A DNA stretch of 64,000 bases, taken from assembly GCA_043228905.1 (NCBI GenBank), contig JBHGNT010000008.1:16616001-16680000 (forward strand), read 5' to 3'. The notes under the pieces are model-generated. The model was not told the origin of the DNA. It did not search any database and saw only the letters and a program-made list of their open reading frames with translations. The DNA is from Azolla caroliniana (lineage: Eukaryota > Plantae > Polypodiophyta). Shown in pieces: positions 13,801-26,436 of this stretch. Positions within the stretch are counted from its first letter, which is position 1. Each line of letters starts with the position of its first letter. A program made the position numbers and the translations under genes.

Positions 13801-15858
13801 AGGGCTACACAAGTAGGGTCTTGACCACAACATTTGAAAGCGGTTACAAGATTGGGCAATAGCAATTTGTCATGCATATAGGCCACATCCATCTAAACCA
13901 CAACCCCATCACACTTGTCATCCACAAATAAAGGCCATTATCACTCAACCCCAAAGGTGTTTCTCTCGGCTCATCTTGGATCAGCCGATGTTGGAGGTCT
14001 TTTGATGGCAAAAGTTTCAGTCCATCTAAGTTCAGAATGTTAAATGTTTAGTTAACGAGATTCTCTGGTATATGACAGAGCTTTACTAGTTTAGTTATAT
14101 TTATTTTGGTTTGTTTGTTATCAAAGATGAGACAAAGTTTTAAGATGTATTCTCTTGTTTGGTCTCATATGCCATTTTGGCCTCTTAATAGGCGTTAACC
14201 TCTTTTTCTAAACCCATTCTAATATACCTTGGGTTATCCATACCTAAGCATGATTAAAGTGGAAAAGAATAGGGTGACCCGAGCTGATATCATTAAATTG
14301 AAAAATGACTCAGCACCACCACATCTCTTGGTAGAAAGATGGCCCACTACAAGGCACTCTTTTTACACGTGTCTTATGATGGATCTATTATCAATCCTTC
14401 TTATATGGATACACATCTATCTCAATAGCTTAGGAGTGTGATAGGATAGGTCAGGACCTCTTCACATTGGTGAAAATTTGTGCTAGGCCAACAGATCTGC
14501 ATGCAAACCTACAAAAGAATGGATATTCCAGCTGTGTCATCAGGGGGGTAGAATCATAGGAACACTATGTCTGCCACTGTGGTGTTTTCTACAAAATAAG
14601 AGGGAGATACCACAGCCTGTTCAAACAAGGCTTTGGAACATAAAGACCAACAAATGTGTGGGATTGTTTTATTAGAATTCAAGAGACATAGAGAGAAGTT
14701 GTTGATGGACAACAATACAACCACAACAGGTCATCAACAGGGACAATCATAACTTCTTTTAGCCACATCAGTCCTTATGCTACAAGTCAATCATGGACTA
14801 TACATGTGGATTCTTGACCAAGACGCTCAAAAGGGGTTACAATAGATCAGGCAATAGAAACGTGTTGTGCATGCAGGCCATGACCATTTTGACCACAACC
14901 TCATCACCCTTGTCACCAACAAATAAAGGCCATTATCATCCAGCAACATAGGTGCTTCCCTCATTTCAGATATCTCTCCATTTTGCAGTGGCCCAAGATG
15001 GAGATTTTTCAAAAAAATTAAGTTTAGTATCATAAGTTCTAGACATATAGATTCTTTATGGCCATATGTTTAGTATTTATTTTGGTTTGTTGTTCTCGAA
15101 GATGAGAAAACATTGTAAGATATAACCCTTTGTTTGGTCTTATAGGCGATTTTGACCTCTTCAAAGATGTTAATCTCTCTCTCGCTCTCGTTTCATAAAA
15201 AAAGTGTCATATATGGTTAATTACATGCCAAACAAGAATGCATCCAATGTGGTGAGTCACACAAGAAACAAATCAGCATCTCTTGCAATCTTTCATCTCA
15301 ACCTTCATAACTGCGAGCTATCTCCCATCACGAGACTCTTACAAACCCCACAAAAAATCCTTGTCATCTTTTCTTTCACGTTTGGTTTCAAAGTCCATAT
15401 TTAGCCTCCAAGGATGCTAATAGATCCATCTATTATCTGTCTGTATATTTATCTAAAAAGAACAGCATATTTACATGAAAAACTAATAGATTACACCCAT
15501 GAATCCATCTATCTATCAAAAGAACAGACCAATTTCATCAAATTTAATTTAATATATCTCAAATGAAGGGTGTCGTTACTTGGAAAGTCTATCATACATA
15601 TATCTATACAATGTCCAGCTATATATGTATGCATCTCAAAATATCAGGGCATTTATTCAGCAAGACTAACAGATTACACGTATACAACTCTGTAAGACTA
15701 ATGAATACATACATACATACATACATACATACATACATACATAGACATACATACATACATAGACATACATATATACATACACACATAATTACATACATAT
15801 ATATACATACATACATAATTATATACATATACATAGATACACAATTACATACATATAT

Positions 15859-15931
<73 letters not shown>

Positions 15932-16339
15932 CATACACACATAATTACATACATATATATACATACATACATACATACATACATAATTATATACATATAC
16001 ATAGATACACAATGACATACATATATGTACACACACACATACATAAATACATACATACATACATACATACATACATACATACATACATACATACATACAT
16101 GCATCTCTCTCAAAGAAAGATCATCACACACACGTGCGCTTACTCGGCAAGATGTGGACGAGGTGGAGGGTATCCCGGCTGCGGCACAAGTGGGATAGAG
16201 ACCAATCAAAAGCATGCTTGCTAGTAGCAGAGTGATCAACAGCTACAATGATAGAACGCCCATGTGGGTGATGATGATGATGATGATGATGATCATGAGC
16301 CTGGCTATGCTCTTCTTCTCTAATACCCTCCATACTCAT
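10877..16339 (-). CDS. Universal stress protein A-like protein, RD2 (responsive to desiccation 2) homolog; exons 16339-16144, 12042-11954, 11645-11524, 11066-10993, 10902-10877
   Basis: All GT-AG junctions keep the frame: MSMEGIREEEHSQAHDHHHHHHHHPHGRSIIVAVDHSATSKHAFDWSLSHLCRSRDTLHLVHILP-KSQSNAAGALFESTSALMEKLAVEAYEAGM-VQTEVQIISAEEVGKAIVDEAKRINPIAVVMGRPARGIVKS-VLHGSVGEYCSHHCPCPVVLVPPG-ELKNDATT*. USP motifs IVAVD and GSV are present. The last micro-exon is less certain. Confidence 0.9.
11200..11386. mobile_element. Degenerate inverted-repeat (MITE-like) element in USP intron 3
   Basis: TTTTTCTTTATTTCC pairs with GGGAAATAAAGAAAAA, and TATTTCCCAAAATGC pairs with GCATTTAGGGAAATA, as nested inverted repeats. 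Confidence 0.45.
12600..15190 (+). mobile_element. LINE (RTE/L2-like) remnants in USP intron 1, with two tandem 3' ends
   Basis: RT fragments GVKQGCPLSPTLFGLYID and KTKVMVF...YTYLG. The 3' UTR block recurs at ~13680-14210 and ~14670-15190; the second copy ends in (CT)n. Confidence 0.75.
15705..16100. repeat. Compound (TACA)n/(CA)n microsatellite in USP intron 1
   Basis: Directly visible. It explains the spurious YIHT/MYVC ORFs. Confidence 0.95.
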
Positions 16340-18889
16340 GTGTGTTTCTGTATAGAGAAGCAAAATCTGCCATGAATGATGGATGGTTGATGGTGATGAT
16401 GATGATGATGATGATGATGGTGATGGTGATCACTCACAACAACCTCTGTTATTATGTGGAGCTTTTCCCAAGCTACTTTGGGGGGGTTTTTTTTTTTTTT
16501 TGGGGGGGGGGGGGGGGGGAGGCAAGGAGGGGCATTCAATGGGAAATAATGAAAACTTGGAAACACTCTGCCGGAACTAAAGGAATACAGAGGCAAGCAG
16601 GCAGGAGAGGAGCATCTTTAGATTCTCCGGCCATTTATATTGCCCCTCGTGTGTTTCCGATTGTATCGGAATTTCTCTTCAAAACCAGACATTGGACAGC
16701 TCGAGAGGTTTAGCCCATTCCATTCGCCTCCTAGGATTTTTTTTCCTCCTCACCCCGACGTAGGTTTTCTAGTGCACTTCCCAACCAACATATACAGTAG
16801 TTTTTTTTTTACCCTGTTGATGAGACCATGTCAACATATCGTTCATTTTCGTATCGATTAGTTTTATGTTGTTTACGAGACCTTGTCAAACATGTCTATT
16901 CAGCATGTGATTATTGTATATCCATAAAGCAGACCATTTTTGTCGTCATCCCAAGATTTTACAACGCAATATAAGTCGCGTTCCTAAAAAAAAGAACTCT
17001 CCAACAACGTCGGATATAAACTCTAACAATTGTCTCCTTGAAAAGCATGAGTAACCAAAATTATTGGTCACGTGTATGATCATAAATAAATAACACATGT
17101 TTGTCAGACCAAATCAGGGCATGAATATCGAAAGATATACATATAAACTTATAAAGTTGCCCATCATAAGATACATAAAGTGCGTAAAAGTCAAAATTGG
17201 GCATCACGCAATTGCGTTTCATCGTTCATCTTGTGCAAACTTTGTCAATGTTGTCATGAAAGTTATTTCTCACACATGCCTCTACTTTGTATGGTTAGTT
17301 TTTCATAGTGAAACCCCAAAATTTCTATTCTCTATATAAATGCGCATGTTAGTCTTTTTTCAATCATTTGTCAATTTATTTTTTCTCCTCTTTTAAGGGA
17401 TCTTCTAAGTTCTTGCTTTCATATTGTACCCACTTGTGCCCTCATCTTAGGAAGGCAACTTCACATTTCTTTCTCAAAGGGCTGATATTTGTTAAGATTT
17501 GCAGGAAGTGGGACGAAACATAACCTCCCATCTCTATTTATACAAAGCTTAAAGTGCTCACACTTCACTAAAGGACAAACTATGTTTGAATTTTGTTGTT
17601 GCTTATAAGGACGGCTATGTACAACTACAAGAGATAACGTTGACCTTATGTTACACGTTGCCAACAATAAATAGTTGTTATAGATGTATAAGTGTCACCA
17701 AAAAACATTGAATTTTTTTTGATATTTTTGTGTGGGTTAATTTGTGTTTTTACCATTTGAATATCATAGTTCTATAACTTAAAACCTGGTAATAATTTGA
17801 GAACATTGTAAAGCCTTAAAGTTAATGCATGTCTGCATTTTATTTAGAAAATGTAATTGTGCAATGATATTGTTTGGGTGGCTGACAAATATGAGCCCCA
17901 TATTGTAATTAGTGTAAGAGCCACAGGTAAACCTGTTAGCAAATTTTGGCAACCATGTTGATATGGACCAAGCATAGAGTTGTCTCACCTTGTAAGGGAT
18001 TTGACCTCTCTAGGTAATATGATAGGGCTACCAAAAGCGATCATCTACTAGTCAAGCATCGTACTAGGTGACAAAAATATGGCTTCTTTGATGCTTCAAT
18101 CTGAATTAGACGTAGATGTGCACTTAGGGATGACTTAACTTAATTAGCTCAAGGTTGATGAACTTGATGATGATTATTCTAACCCATAGGGATAACAAAT
18201 TAACACTAAATATCAAGGGAGATGGAGAGTTGCCACAGAATATCCTTGCTCAAATAGTTTATATTATTAGTAATCATGAGTTACAATAGAGGGCAACACA
18301 TCTTCTCTATATCCTTTCAAATTATAAGTTTCTACTATGTTATTATATCTACTCTCTTTCTATATTATCTTGACGATTGCCCTTGCTTTACCAGGGGGTA
18401 GGTAATGGATCATTATCATGGTTCCATCACCCTATTTATCTTATTGTACTTCATTGAACTTTATTTGGCTCTTTATCTAATCAACCTATTTGATATCTAG
18501 CAAAATATATTCTACATTATGAGGTCAACTACGACCTTTGTCTTATTCAATGTATTAAATCAAAATAAGCCCATGTATTTCAAGGTGGTCATTTACATAC
18601 TTGGCTATTGTAACAATGTCCCACCAAATGAGCAACAATGGCGTACAAATGTTTAAAGTACCTATATGTGGTTCTATAAATATTGATATTATTCATGTAT
18701 TTTATTTTTAAATGTTTTTTGTAATACATGATAAAAAACCATGCACAATCAAATAAATATTATTTATTTACAATCTCTCTGCATTTTTTTTTATTGTAAT
18801 TTGCTTACTTGATGGCAAGTTCATACTAGTGAATGTAGGAGTTGAGCCCATGACCTTTTGGTCTCAAATAAGCTACCTTCTCTCTCTCC

Positions 18890-21405
18890 TTTTTTTCATA
18901 AATAATGGCTTTCATTACGAAAGAAAAAAACACCACCATGTCTAACTTACTACAGAGTATAGAAACCTTCAATCTAGGGATCTAAAGTCTACTACGACGC
19001 CAAACTCAATGCCACCCTACACACCTATTCAAATGTTGAATATGCTTAATATATGTGACCTTGCAAACGTCTCTCTCTTCATGGTTGAGATTTCGTGACT
19101 TCTTTAGCACTGTCAATTGCCACAAAATAAGTCCCTTTAACTTTAGAACATATTTTCTCACCCCAACTTGCGAATCAAAAGTGAAGGCATTCCGCATATT
19201 CCATTTGAACCATAACCCCCACCCTAATAAGTCAAGAATTCAAAAATAATTTGGAAATGAGACAGTGGTTCATTGTTCTCCATATGTGCAAAAACCCAAC
19301 TAAAGGAAGATAGGCTTACTCCAAACCATCCACACTGAACTGATACACCTCCAAACCATCATTGCCATCGGGCATGAAAGAAATCTATGCCAACTATGTT
19401 CCAATTCCAGTAAACAAAAGAAACACAATCCTTTAGTAAATTTTCTTTTTTTTAATGCATCCCCCAATGGTAAAGCTCCAACCATAACTCTTCAAATAAA
19501 TACTTTAGCCCGTAGCATCAATCGATGCCTACTATGTTCCAATTCCACTAACCAAAAGAAACACGATCCTTTAGTAAATTTTCTTTTTTTTAATGCATCC
19601 CCCAATGGTAAAGCTCCAACCATAACTCTCCAAATAAATACTTTAGCCCGTAGCATCAATCGAGAACACCAACCCGCTTTGATAACTCGAAACCACCAAG
19701 TAATGGTCTTACGAAAACCCCATATCTTGTAACTCTTTCTTCCAACCACTTATGTTTGTCAATCAACTTGTGATAAGCAACATTTGTTGAGATTATAGTC
19801 AATATCTTATTTCGAACAAACCTCCAATCAAGCTCTTAAGATCCCCCATACAAATCAAGAGTTGACTCATACGAAGATAGTATTTCTTGCAACCTATCGA
19901 TATAACCTTTTGGAATACGAAATGTTGATCTTGTTGTTCGAATGGCCCTTAATCTTCTTTGTGGCACCAACATAGCATCCTTGACTTTTACCAAACCCAA
20001 TCTAGCCATCCAATTAAATTGAAGGTTAAGAATTTGTTTACCTTCCCACCTCAACAACCTTGACGTTGCTAAAACCTCCATTTGTAATGAATTGGCACAT
20101 TCCCTTTCTTGTGGAGGATGCCACTACACAAAATCCAACATACTTTGCCAAGATGCCAACAAAGGATTAACTATTAGAGACCCTGCACATTTGACATCCC
20201 TTTTAGAATTAATTACATTCCACCAATTAGCTTAATTCCGTTCTTCTCTATAAAGTATGCCACCATTTTTGTCCAAGGTTGTACACCTTCAAACATAAAT
20301 CCAATAAAAGTAAATCGACGAGCTACCATATGCTCATATAGATTCAATATTGATGCCCCACCAAGTCACTTCAGAGTACAAACATGATCCCATGCCAACC
20401 ACGACAATGCCCTTTTCCCTTTTCTTTTCCATAACAACATTCGCACTGAGTGTGACAACATTTCAAGAGCTTTCTTCGACCATGGGAGCAAAGGAAGATA
20501 ATCAGACACCATAGATACCATATCGATTGGACCACCTTAAGTCATACATGAAAAGGCTAGAATTGAGGCCTCTAATACATAAACTTATCCTCTAGCCTTT
20601 TGGATACCCTCAATAAGTTTCACATGAGAAATTTCCACCCTAATTGGATATTAGGTGATGACAAATCATACCATGGTGTACTATCCTTCCTGACCACCCC
20701 AACCCTAACACATGTTGTTTTGTACATGAAATGAGGACAAATTTATGCATATTAATTCTCAACCCTACAACATTTGAAAACAATTCCCACACATCTCTTG
20801 TCTTACTAATATTTTCCTGATTAGGTGCCAAAAACATAATATGGTCATCTGCAAGAGCTTGAACAATACACAACCTTAGTCCAATCAATTCTTCCTCCAT
20901 ATCCATATTGTGTAACTTAAAAAGAATAGGATGTGTCACAATAGTGAATAGTAAAGGACTTACCGGGCATCGTTGTCTAACTGATCTCCGAATAGAAATA
21001 GGTTGTGTTATTCCCCCATTAAACATCACATATGAAACCGAACCCTCCCCTAATGTGTATATCCACTTAGACATACGATCACCAAAACCCATATGAGACA
21101 TCAACTTATTTATAAATGACCAATCCACATTATCATAGGCTTTCTCGATATCCAATTGTAGCAACATTAATTCTTGTTTAGACTCCTTTGCATAGTCAAT
21201 TGCCATTTTAACATTTAAAATATTATGTCAAATGTCTCTTTTTAGTAAGAACCCATATTCAACATTATGAATAATAGAAGGTAAAACCTCATGCAATGTA
21301 TTGGGGCATCACTTTTGCAAAAGTTTTGTACATTCCCCCCATCAATGAAATAGGCCTCCACTGAGCAAAGGATGATGGAGAAGGCACCTTCGGCAAAAGC
21401 TTTAT
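18890..21405 (-). mobile_element. Degenerate L1-type LINE (RT plus zf-RVT), 5'-truncated
   Basis: LQLDIEKAYDNVDW, SVRQRCPVSPLLF and ADD motifs (20640-21206); zf-RVT-like KVFIWR...ALP...C..C....E...H.F..C (19300-19749); A-rich 3' end near 18890; internal ~140-bp tandem duplication at 19380-19660. Confidence 0.85.
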
Positions 21406-21719
21406 CCAAAACATTGGGTCATTTGAAACAGTAATATGTCACATTTTAAGAAGTGTACATCCAAAAAAGGAATAAAATACGTCATTTTACAAAAATGGGT
21501 GCCACATGTGTAAAGGGTATTTAAAAAATGGCCAAAATTTTATTGATTTTTAGCAATGGCAACAAATTCTAGGCTTTCAAAAAATGCCTAAATAATAGAC
21601 ACGCCAAACTTACAAAAGGATGTTGAAAATTTACAAATGGACTTAGCCATCATTTATAGATATTCGTAAATCAACATTTTGAAGTAAGATACAATATGTA
21701 TAGTTCATGTCTCCGAACA

Positions 21720-22634
21720 TTTACTTCCCAAAGATATGCCATCATTCTCAAACTCATCTGATGAGGTAGAAGAGCTTTGTCAGGTCTCATCCTCTTCATC
21801 AGTTGCAACCAATGCATTGTCTTCATCCAATTGCAATCCAACCTCGCCATGATTATGACACATACTCCTTGTTCATCTTATTGTCGTCTCCGGACTCACA
21901 TTTGGAACCTTCTCTTTTAATATCTTAATTGTAGTTTGCCTAAGATGGCTTGTCTTGGTCAACAAGAAGTCATACACTAGTATGTCAATGTTATCCAATG
22001 TGAGAGTAAACATGCTCAGTAGATTCTTTCTTCTTCGCTTTCTACTCGTGCTTCTAACATCCTTCACCATCTCTAAAGAGTACTTTCCAATCAATGCATC
22101 CGGGGGAGAGGTGTGATACCAATGAACTACAATAGACTTATATTGATTGCCTTCTTCATCCTTCATTATTTCTAGAATTTTAGCAATCCAAAAAGGATGG
22201 TCCAACTCATCATTGTCAGCCAATGTTGCAACCAACATTCCAACTTGTAGCTCATGCAAACTACCTTGCAAGTTGCCATCTTGCCTCTACAGTACACTAT
22301 ATTCTTGCTCTCACGTAAATATCTCTCTATCGGGGGTGAGCTAGATTATTGAGTTCAGTATTATCTAGTGAGTGATGATAAGTCCTTAACACCATTGATG
22401 GGGCACCAATGTTCCATTGAAACAAATATTGGAGGGGCCAATGTCTAACCATGTAGTTAGGCAAAATAATATGATGGTGGTTGAAAAAGGCATCCCACCA
22501 TTCAACATTTTGATCACCAGCATACTTCTAGGTGCGCTCAATAGATTCTTATAATTCTTTATTTCTTCATCAATTCTACCACTCTTCGCCATGCTCTTTA
22601 GACTTGCACAGACTGAACAAACTATCACAAACAC
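21720..22634 (-). pseudogene. Putative DNA-transposon protein remnant
   Basis: Fragments CSVCASLK... and HPFWIAKILEI...VVHWY followed by an acidic tail. Not retroelement-like; superfamily uncertain. Confidence 0.35.
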
Positions 22635-22702
22635 ACCAAGCGCGGACTAGGACGGAGCACAGATGATGGGGCTATGAGCGACGGATGAACTTGGAGTTAG
22701 AT

Positions 22703-23123
22703 GTCACGAGGCTAGAAACTCTAGATGTTGTGAGCAACATGAGGGCATGAAGACAGAAATAAAGATCAAGGAGACAAAGATGAGGCGAAACGAGAATAAT
22801 AGATTGATGTGTCAATGACTAGTGTTGAATCCCTTGAAAGGGACCAAGAAGGTTACAAGTATTTATAGTCTAAGTTGAAGTACATGGATTAGAATATTTT
22901 GAAGAATATTCTAGAACCTTCTAGAACATTGGAACTTTCTAGATGTCTAGAGAGTATACCTAGATCACGTACATATTATACAATGATATGTAGATCAAAT
23001 ATATCTTATACAATGCTCATATGAAGATGGTTGGGCATGATGTATTGTTGATGCAAGGTTGTGAGTTCAATCCTCACCAACTATATATTTTGTGTCATTG
23101 TATCGTGACATTATCCTCCCCTT
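22703..23123 (-). mobile_element. 3' LTR (22703-23110) plus PPT of a minus-strand LTR element remnant
   Basis: Inverted termini TGTCACGA...TCGTGACA, adjacent PPT AAGGGGAGGATAA on the minus strand, and TTCTAGAA motifs as in the chromovirus LTRs. Confidence 0.7.
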
Positions 23124-23156
23124 TACAACCGCCTTTTCAAAAATGTAGTGTAGGGG

Positions 23157-23790
23157 TGAGCGGAGACTGGAACACCAACGAGCATGAGCAACCATGTGCG
23201 GTTCTCACCGGACACTGGAATACCAATGGACATGAGTGACCATGTGCGTTTCTTACCGGAGACTAGAACACCAATGGATGTGAGTGACCATGTGCGGTCC
23301 TCATCGGGAAGTGGAACACCAACGGATGAGAGCGACCATGTGCGGTCCTCACCGGAGACAAGAACACCAACGGATGTGAGCAACCACGTATGGTTCTCAC
23401 CGGGAACTAGAACACCAACGGGCGTGAGCGACCATGTGCGGTCCTCACCGGGAACTAGAACACCAACGGATGTGAGCGACCATGTGCGGTCCTCACGGGG
23501 AACTAGAACAACAACGGGCGTGAGCGACCATGTGCGGTCCTCACCGGGAACCTGGAACACCAATGGGCATGAGCGACCATGTGCGGTCCTCATCGGGAAT
23601 TGGAACACCAACGGGCGTGAGCGACCATTGCGGTCCTCATCGGGCACTGGAACACCAACGGACATGAGCTACCCTGTACGGTCCTCGTCGAAGACACGAA
23701 CACCAACGAACGTGAGCGACCATGTGCGGTCCTCACCAGAGACAGGAACATCAACGGGCGTGATTGACCATGTGTGGTCCTCACCAAGAA
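23157..23790. repeat. 48-bp tandem repeat array, about 13 copies, next to the PPT
   Basis: Unit GAGCGACCATGTGCGGTCCTCACCGGGAACTAGAACACCAACGGGCGT; 16-aa periodicity in the ORF track. Confidence 0.9.
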
Positions 23791-25418
23791 TTCGAACACT
23801 TGACGTTGATGAAGTCTAGGAAAAGTAGGGTTGATGACATCACCAAGAGGTGTTGAAGATGATGGTGTGGAAGACGAAGCAATGAAGGCAATGATGTTGA
23901 GGAAGTGTCTGTGGAAGCAATGACTGTTACTATGGAAATGTTGGAAATAGAGACATAGATAAAGAGGAGAAGAAACACAGAGTTCGAGACGTTAAGGATA
24001 AAAAGAAACACAAAGACATAGATATAGAGGATGATAGAAAACATAGAGACAGGGATGAAGATCATAAGAAACACATAGATAGGGATGATGTTGATAAGAA
24101 GTACATAGATAGAGATGAAACTGGTAGGAAACACAGGGAGAAGGATGACAATGACAAAAAACGCAGAGATAGGGATGATGATGATAAGAAACACGGAAAT
24201 AGATATGTGAGGGATGAGAAGAAACAAAAAAATAGAGACGACGATGAGGGGAAAGTAAAAGCCAGAGACAACGATGAGAAGGAACTAGGAGATAGAGATG
24301 GTAAGGAAGATAGGAAACAAAGAGATGTTGATGAAGGTAACTTTGGAAGCAAGGACGACGACGAGTGGATCCACATGTGGAGATTAAATCAAAATAACGT
24401 TGTTGTGGTGTACTTTGTACACTACGTAAAATATGTGCGGAGTACCCAATTGGGTAAGTATAAAGAAATAGGAGAAATTCTACAATAATTATATTACATG
24501 CATAGGGCAGGATTTGAACCCTCTACCTCCATGTTAATGATTTTAAGCCTTATCACTATACTAGTATATTATGAGTTTTTAAAGTTATACTAAACTTTAT
24601 CCCATGTAAATATTCTAGATAAACATGATAGAAAAAGTTATTCATGCATACACACTCGAGTTAAAAGAAAAGATGTGATAGAAATCTAATCATGCACATG
24701 TAGTGTGCATGAAAACTAAAGTTAGGAAAAACATGATTTTTACATGTGATAAACTTAGACTCTTCCATCACTAAAAGAAAAAGCCATGCAACTAAAAATA
24801 GATGCAACTAAAATTAAAAGTCATTCAACTAAAAATAGATGCAAGTAAAAGAAAAAGCTATGCAACTAAAAGTAGAGGCCATGCAACAAAAAGTGGACAT
24901 GCAAATGATCAAGGGAGAACTCCATATAAAATTCCATTTTTTTTCCTACACTGATGCTCTCTCCATATTATTTTTTCTTTTCCTTCTCAGCTCCCTTATC
25001 TTATGGAAGCCATAACTGTCATAAACCCTATTTTCCCTACGGAAGCTATAACACTAAAAAGCCCTAATTTTCCCTACGGAAGCCATAACACTCATAAACC
25101 ATAATTTTCCATACGGAAGCCATATCTCTCATAAACCCTAATTTCCTTACGGAAGCCAAAAGCCCTAATTTTCCCTACGGAAGCCATATCTCTCAAACCC
25201 CTAATTTTTCTTTTCTATAAATCTCTATAAGCTAAAACTTTGAATCCCAATATTGGGACATATTGTAATTTCTTTTCCTTTGTTAATGAAAATTATTAAA
25301 TTTCTCATTTTCGTTAATTGTTAAAAATATAAAAGCACGAATGTGATGTCCTCCGGTCGAAGGCCCCGGGGTCCTGCCTCAAAGTTCACGTATCCTCGTC
25401 GTATTTCCGCGACATCTT

Positions 25419-25436
25419 TGGTGAACCCGACGTGAA
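25419..25436 (+). promoter_or_regulatory. Primer binding site complementary to tRNA-Trp
   Basis: TGGTGAACCCGACGTGAA is the complement of the plant tRNA-Trp 3' end. The same site occurs on the minus strand at 48180-48197. Confidence 0.85.
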
Positions 25437-25479
25437 GGCGGTAGGAAGGATTCAAGTGCTTGAAATAGAAGAATAGAAG

Positions 25480-26436
25480 ATGGCTTCTTTGACAAACACC
25501 CAACTTGACGAAGTGGTGAAGTTGGTAGCTATTGTCGAGCATATGATGAGAGCTCGTGATAACGATGCAAGATTAAATAAGGCCATCGACCGGATCATTG
25601 ATATAGCAGGCCAATTTGGTGGAAGAAATATTACAGATTTTATCATTATATACAAGACAGAGATGCTACAACGAGATGTCATCGAAGAGAAACAAATATC
25701 AAGCTTCAAGCGTGTCGTGGGAAATGGGTTACAAGGCCGTATAAGGGAGATTCAAGCCACACAAACAACATGGGTGGGATTCGAAAGGGCCCTTTTGGCC
25801 GAATATATGCTTGAAGACACATTGAGGATGACTCGACACACGTTGATGAAGTGGATCGAGAAGAAGAGGAAGAACATGAATGCATTGGGGGTGTACAACG
25901 AATTCGACCAAATGTACAATCGTCTCCCAAGCACTAACCAGATGTTTCTCGAAGAAGATAAGGTTCTATACTTCTTAAAGGCGGTGGATGTGAAAGATAG
26001 ACGAGAACTAGGTTGTCTATTAGAGGATGAAGCACAACCCAATGGTCTCATAACGGATTGGGTTGAGGTAAGGAGAGCATGTGACCGGTTCGACAAGCAT
26101 CGTCGATGGGTAGATGGTTCCGACATGGTGGAGTCGATAGTTCGAAGATGGAAGGTTCCACTAGTATGTGAGATGTCAAAGCAAAGTGGGCCAACCAAAA
26201 GAACAATGAACGAGGACAACAAGTGTGCCGAGACTTCTTCCCCACTAAGAACAATGGTGCATGACAATGGCCAAGCGAGCCAAGTGAAGTCTAAGCGTGT
26301 TTCGCGAGATATGATCCCATGCTCCATCTCAAAAGGGGATTCTAGTGTGAAGATCAAACAAACGATGGTCAACTGTCACACGAGAACATACCATGAAAAA
26401 GGTGGATGTGGGAAACATGAAATGTGGTCATCCTAG
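25480..26436 (+). CDS. Gag-like protein of the Trp-primed element
   Basis: 318-aa ORF just after the PBS; aligns by eye with the gag at 47324-48184 (IAGQFGGRNITDF vs TIGRFGGKDAMSY; FLKAVDVKDR vs FVKSVDARDR). Confidence 0.75.
   Translation: MASLTNTQLDEVVKLVAIVEHMMRARDNDARLNKAIDRIIDIAGQFGGRNITDFIIIYKTEMLQRDVIEEKQISSFKRVVGNGLQGRIREIQATQTTWVGFERALLAEYMLEDTLRMTRHTLMKWIEKKRKNMNALGVYNEFDQMYNRLPSTNQMFLEEDKVLYFLKAVDVKDRRELGCLLEDEAQPNGLITDWVEVRRACDRFDKHRRWVDGSDMVESIVRRWKVPLVCEMSKQSGPTKRTMNEDNKCAETSSPLRTMVHDNGQASQVKSKRVSRDMIPCSISKGDSSVKIKQTMVNCHTRTYHEKGGCGKHEMWSS

Noticed and set aside
15563-16239. Long YIHT/MYVC-repeat ORFs
   Set aside because: Translations of an intronic (TACA)n microsatellite.
16336-16713. 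Poly-Met/poly-His/poly-Asp ORFs and the T15-G18 run upstream of the USP gene
   Set aside because: Simple repeats in the 5' UTR/promoter with no coding evidence; the G-run may be poorly resolved.
17991-18615. Possible old solo LTR
   Set aside because: TG...CA ends and a TATA-like site exist, but no convincing TSD or second copy in the window.
18833-18880. tRNA/SINE-like fragment next to the L1 3' end
   Set aside because: Too short and degenerate to call.
23123-24376. Repeat-rich ORFs (SDHVRSSPGTRTPT; hydrophobic 148-aa ORF)
   Set aside because: By-products of a 48-bp array and GA-rich low complexity.
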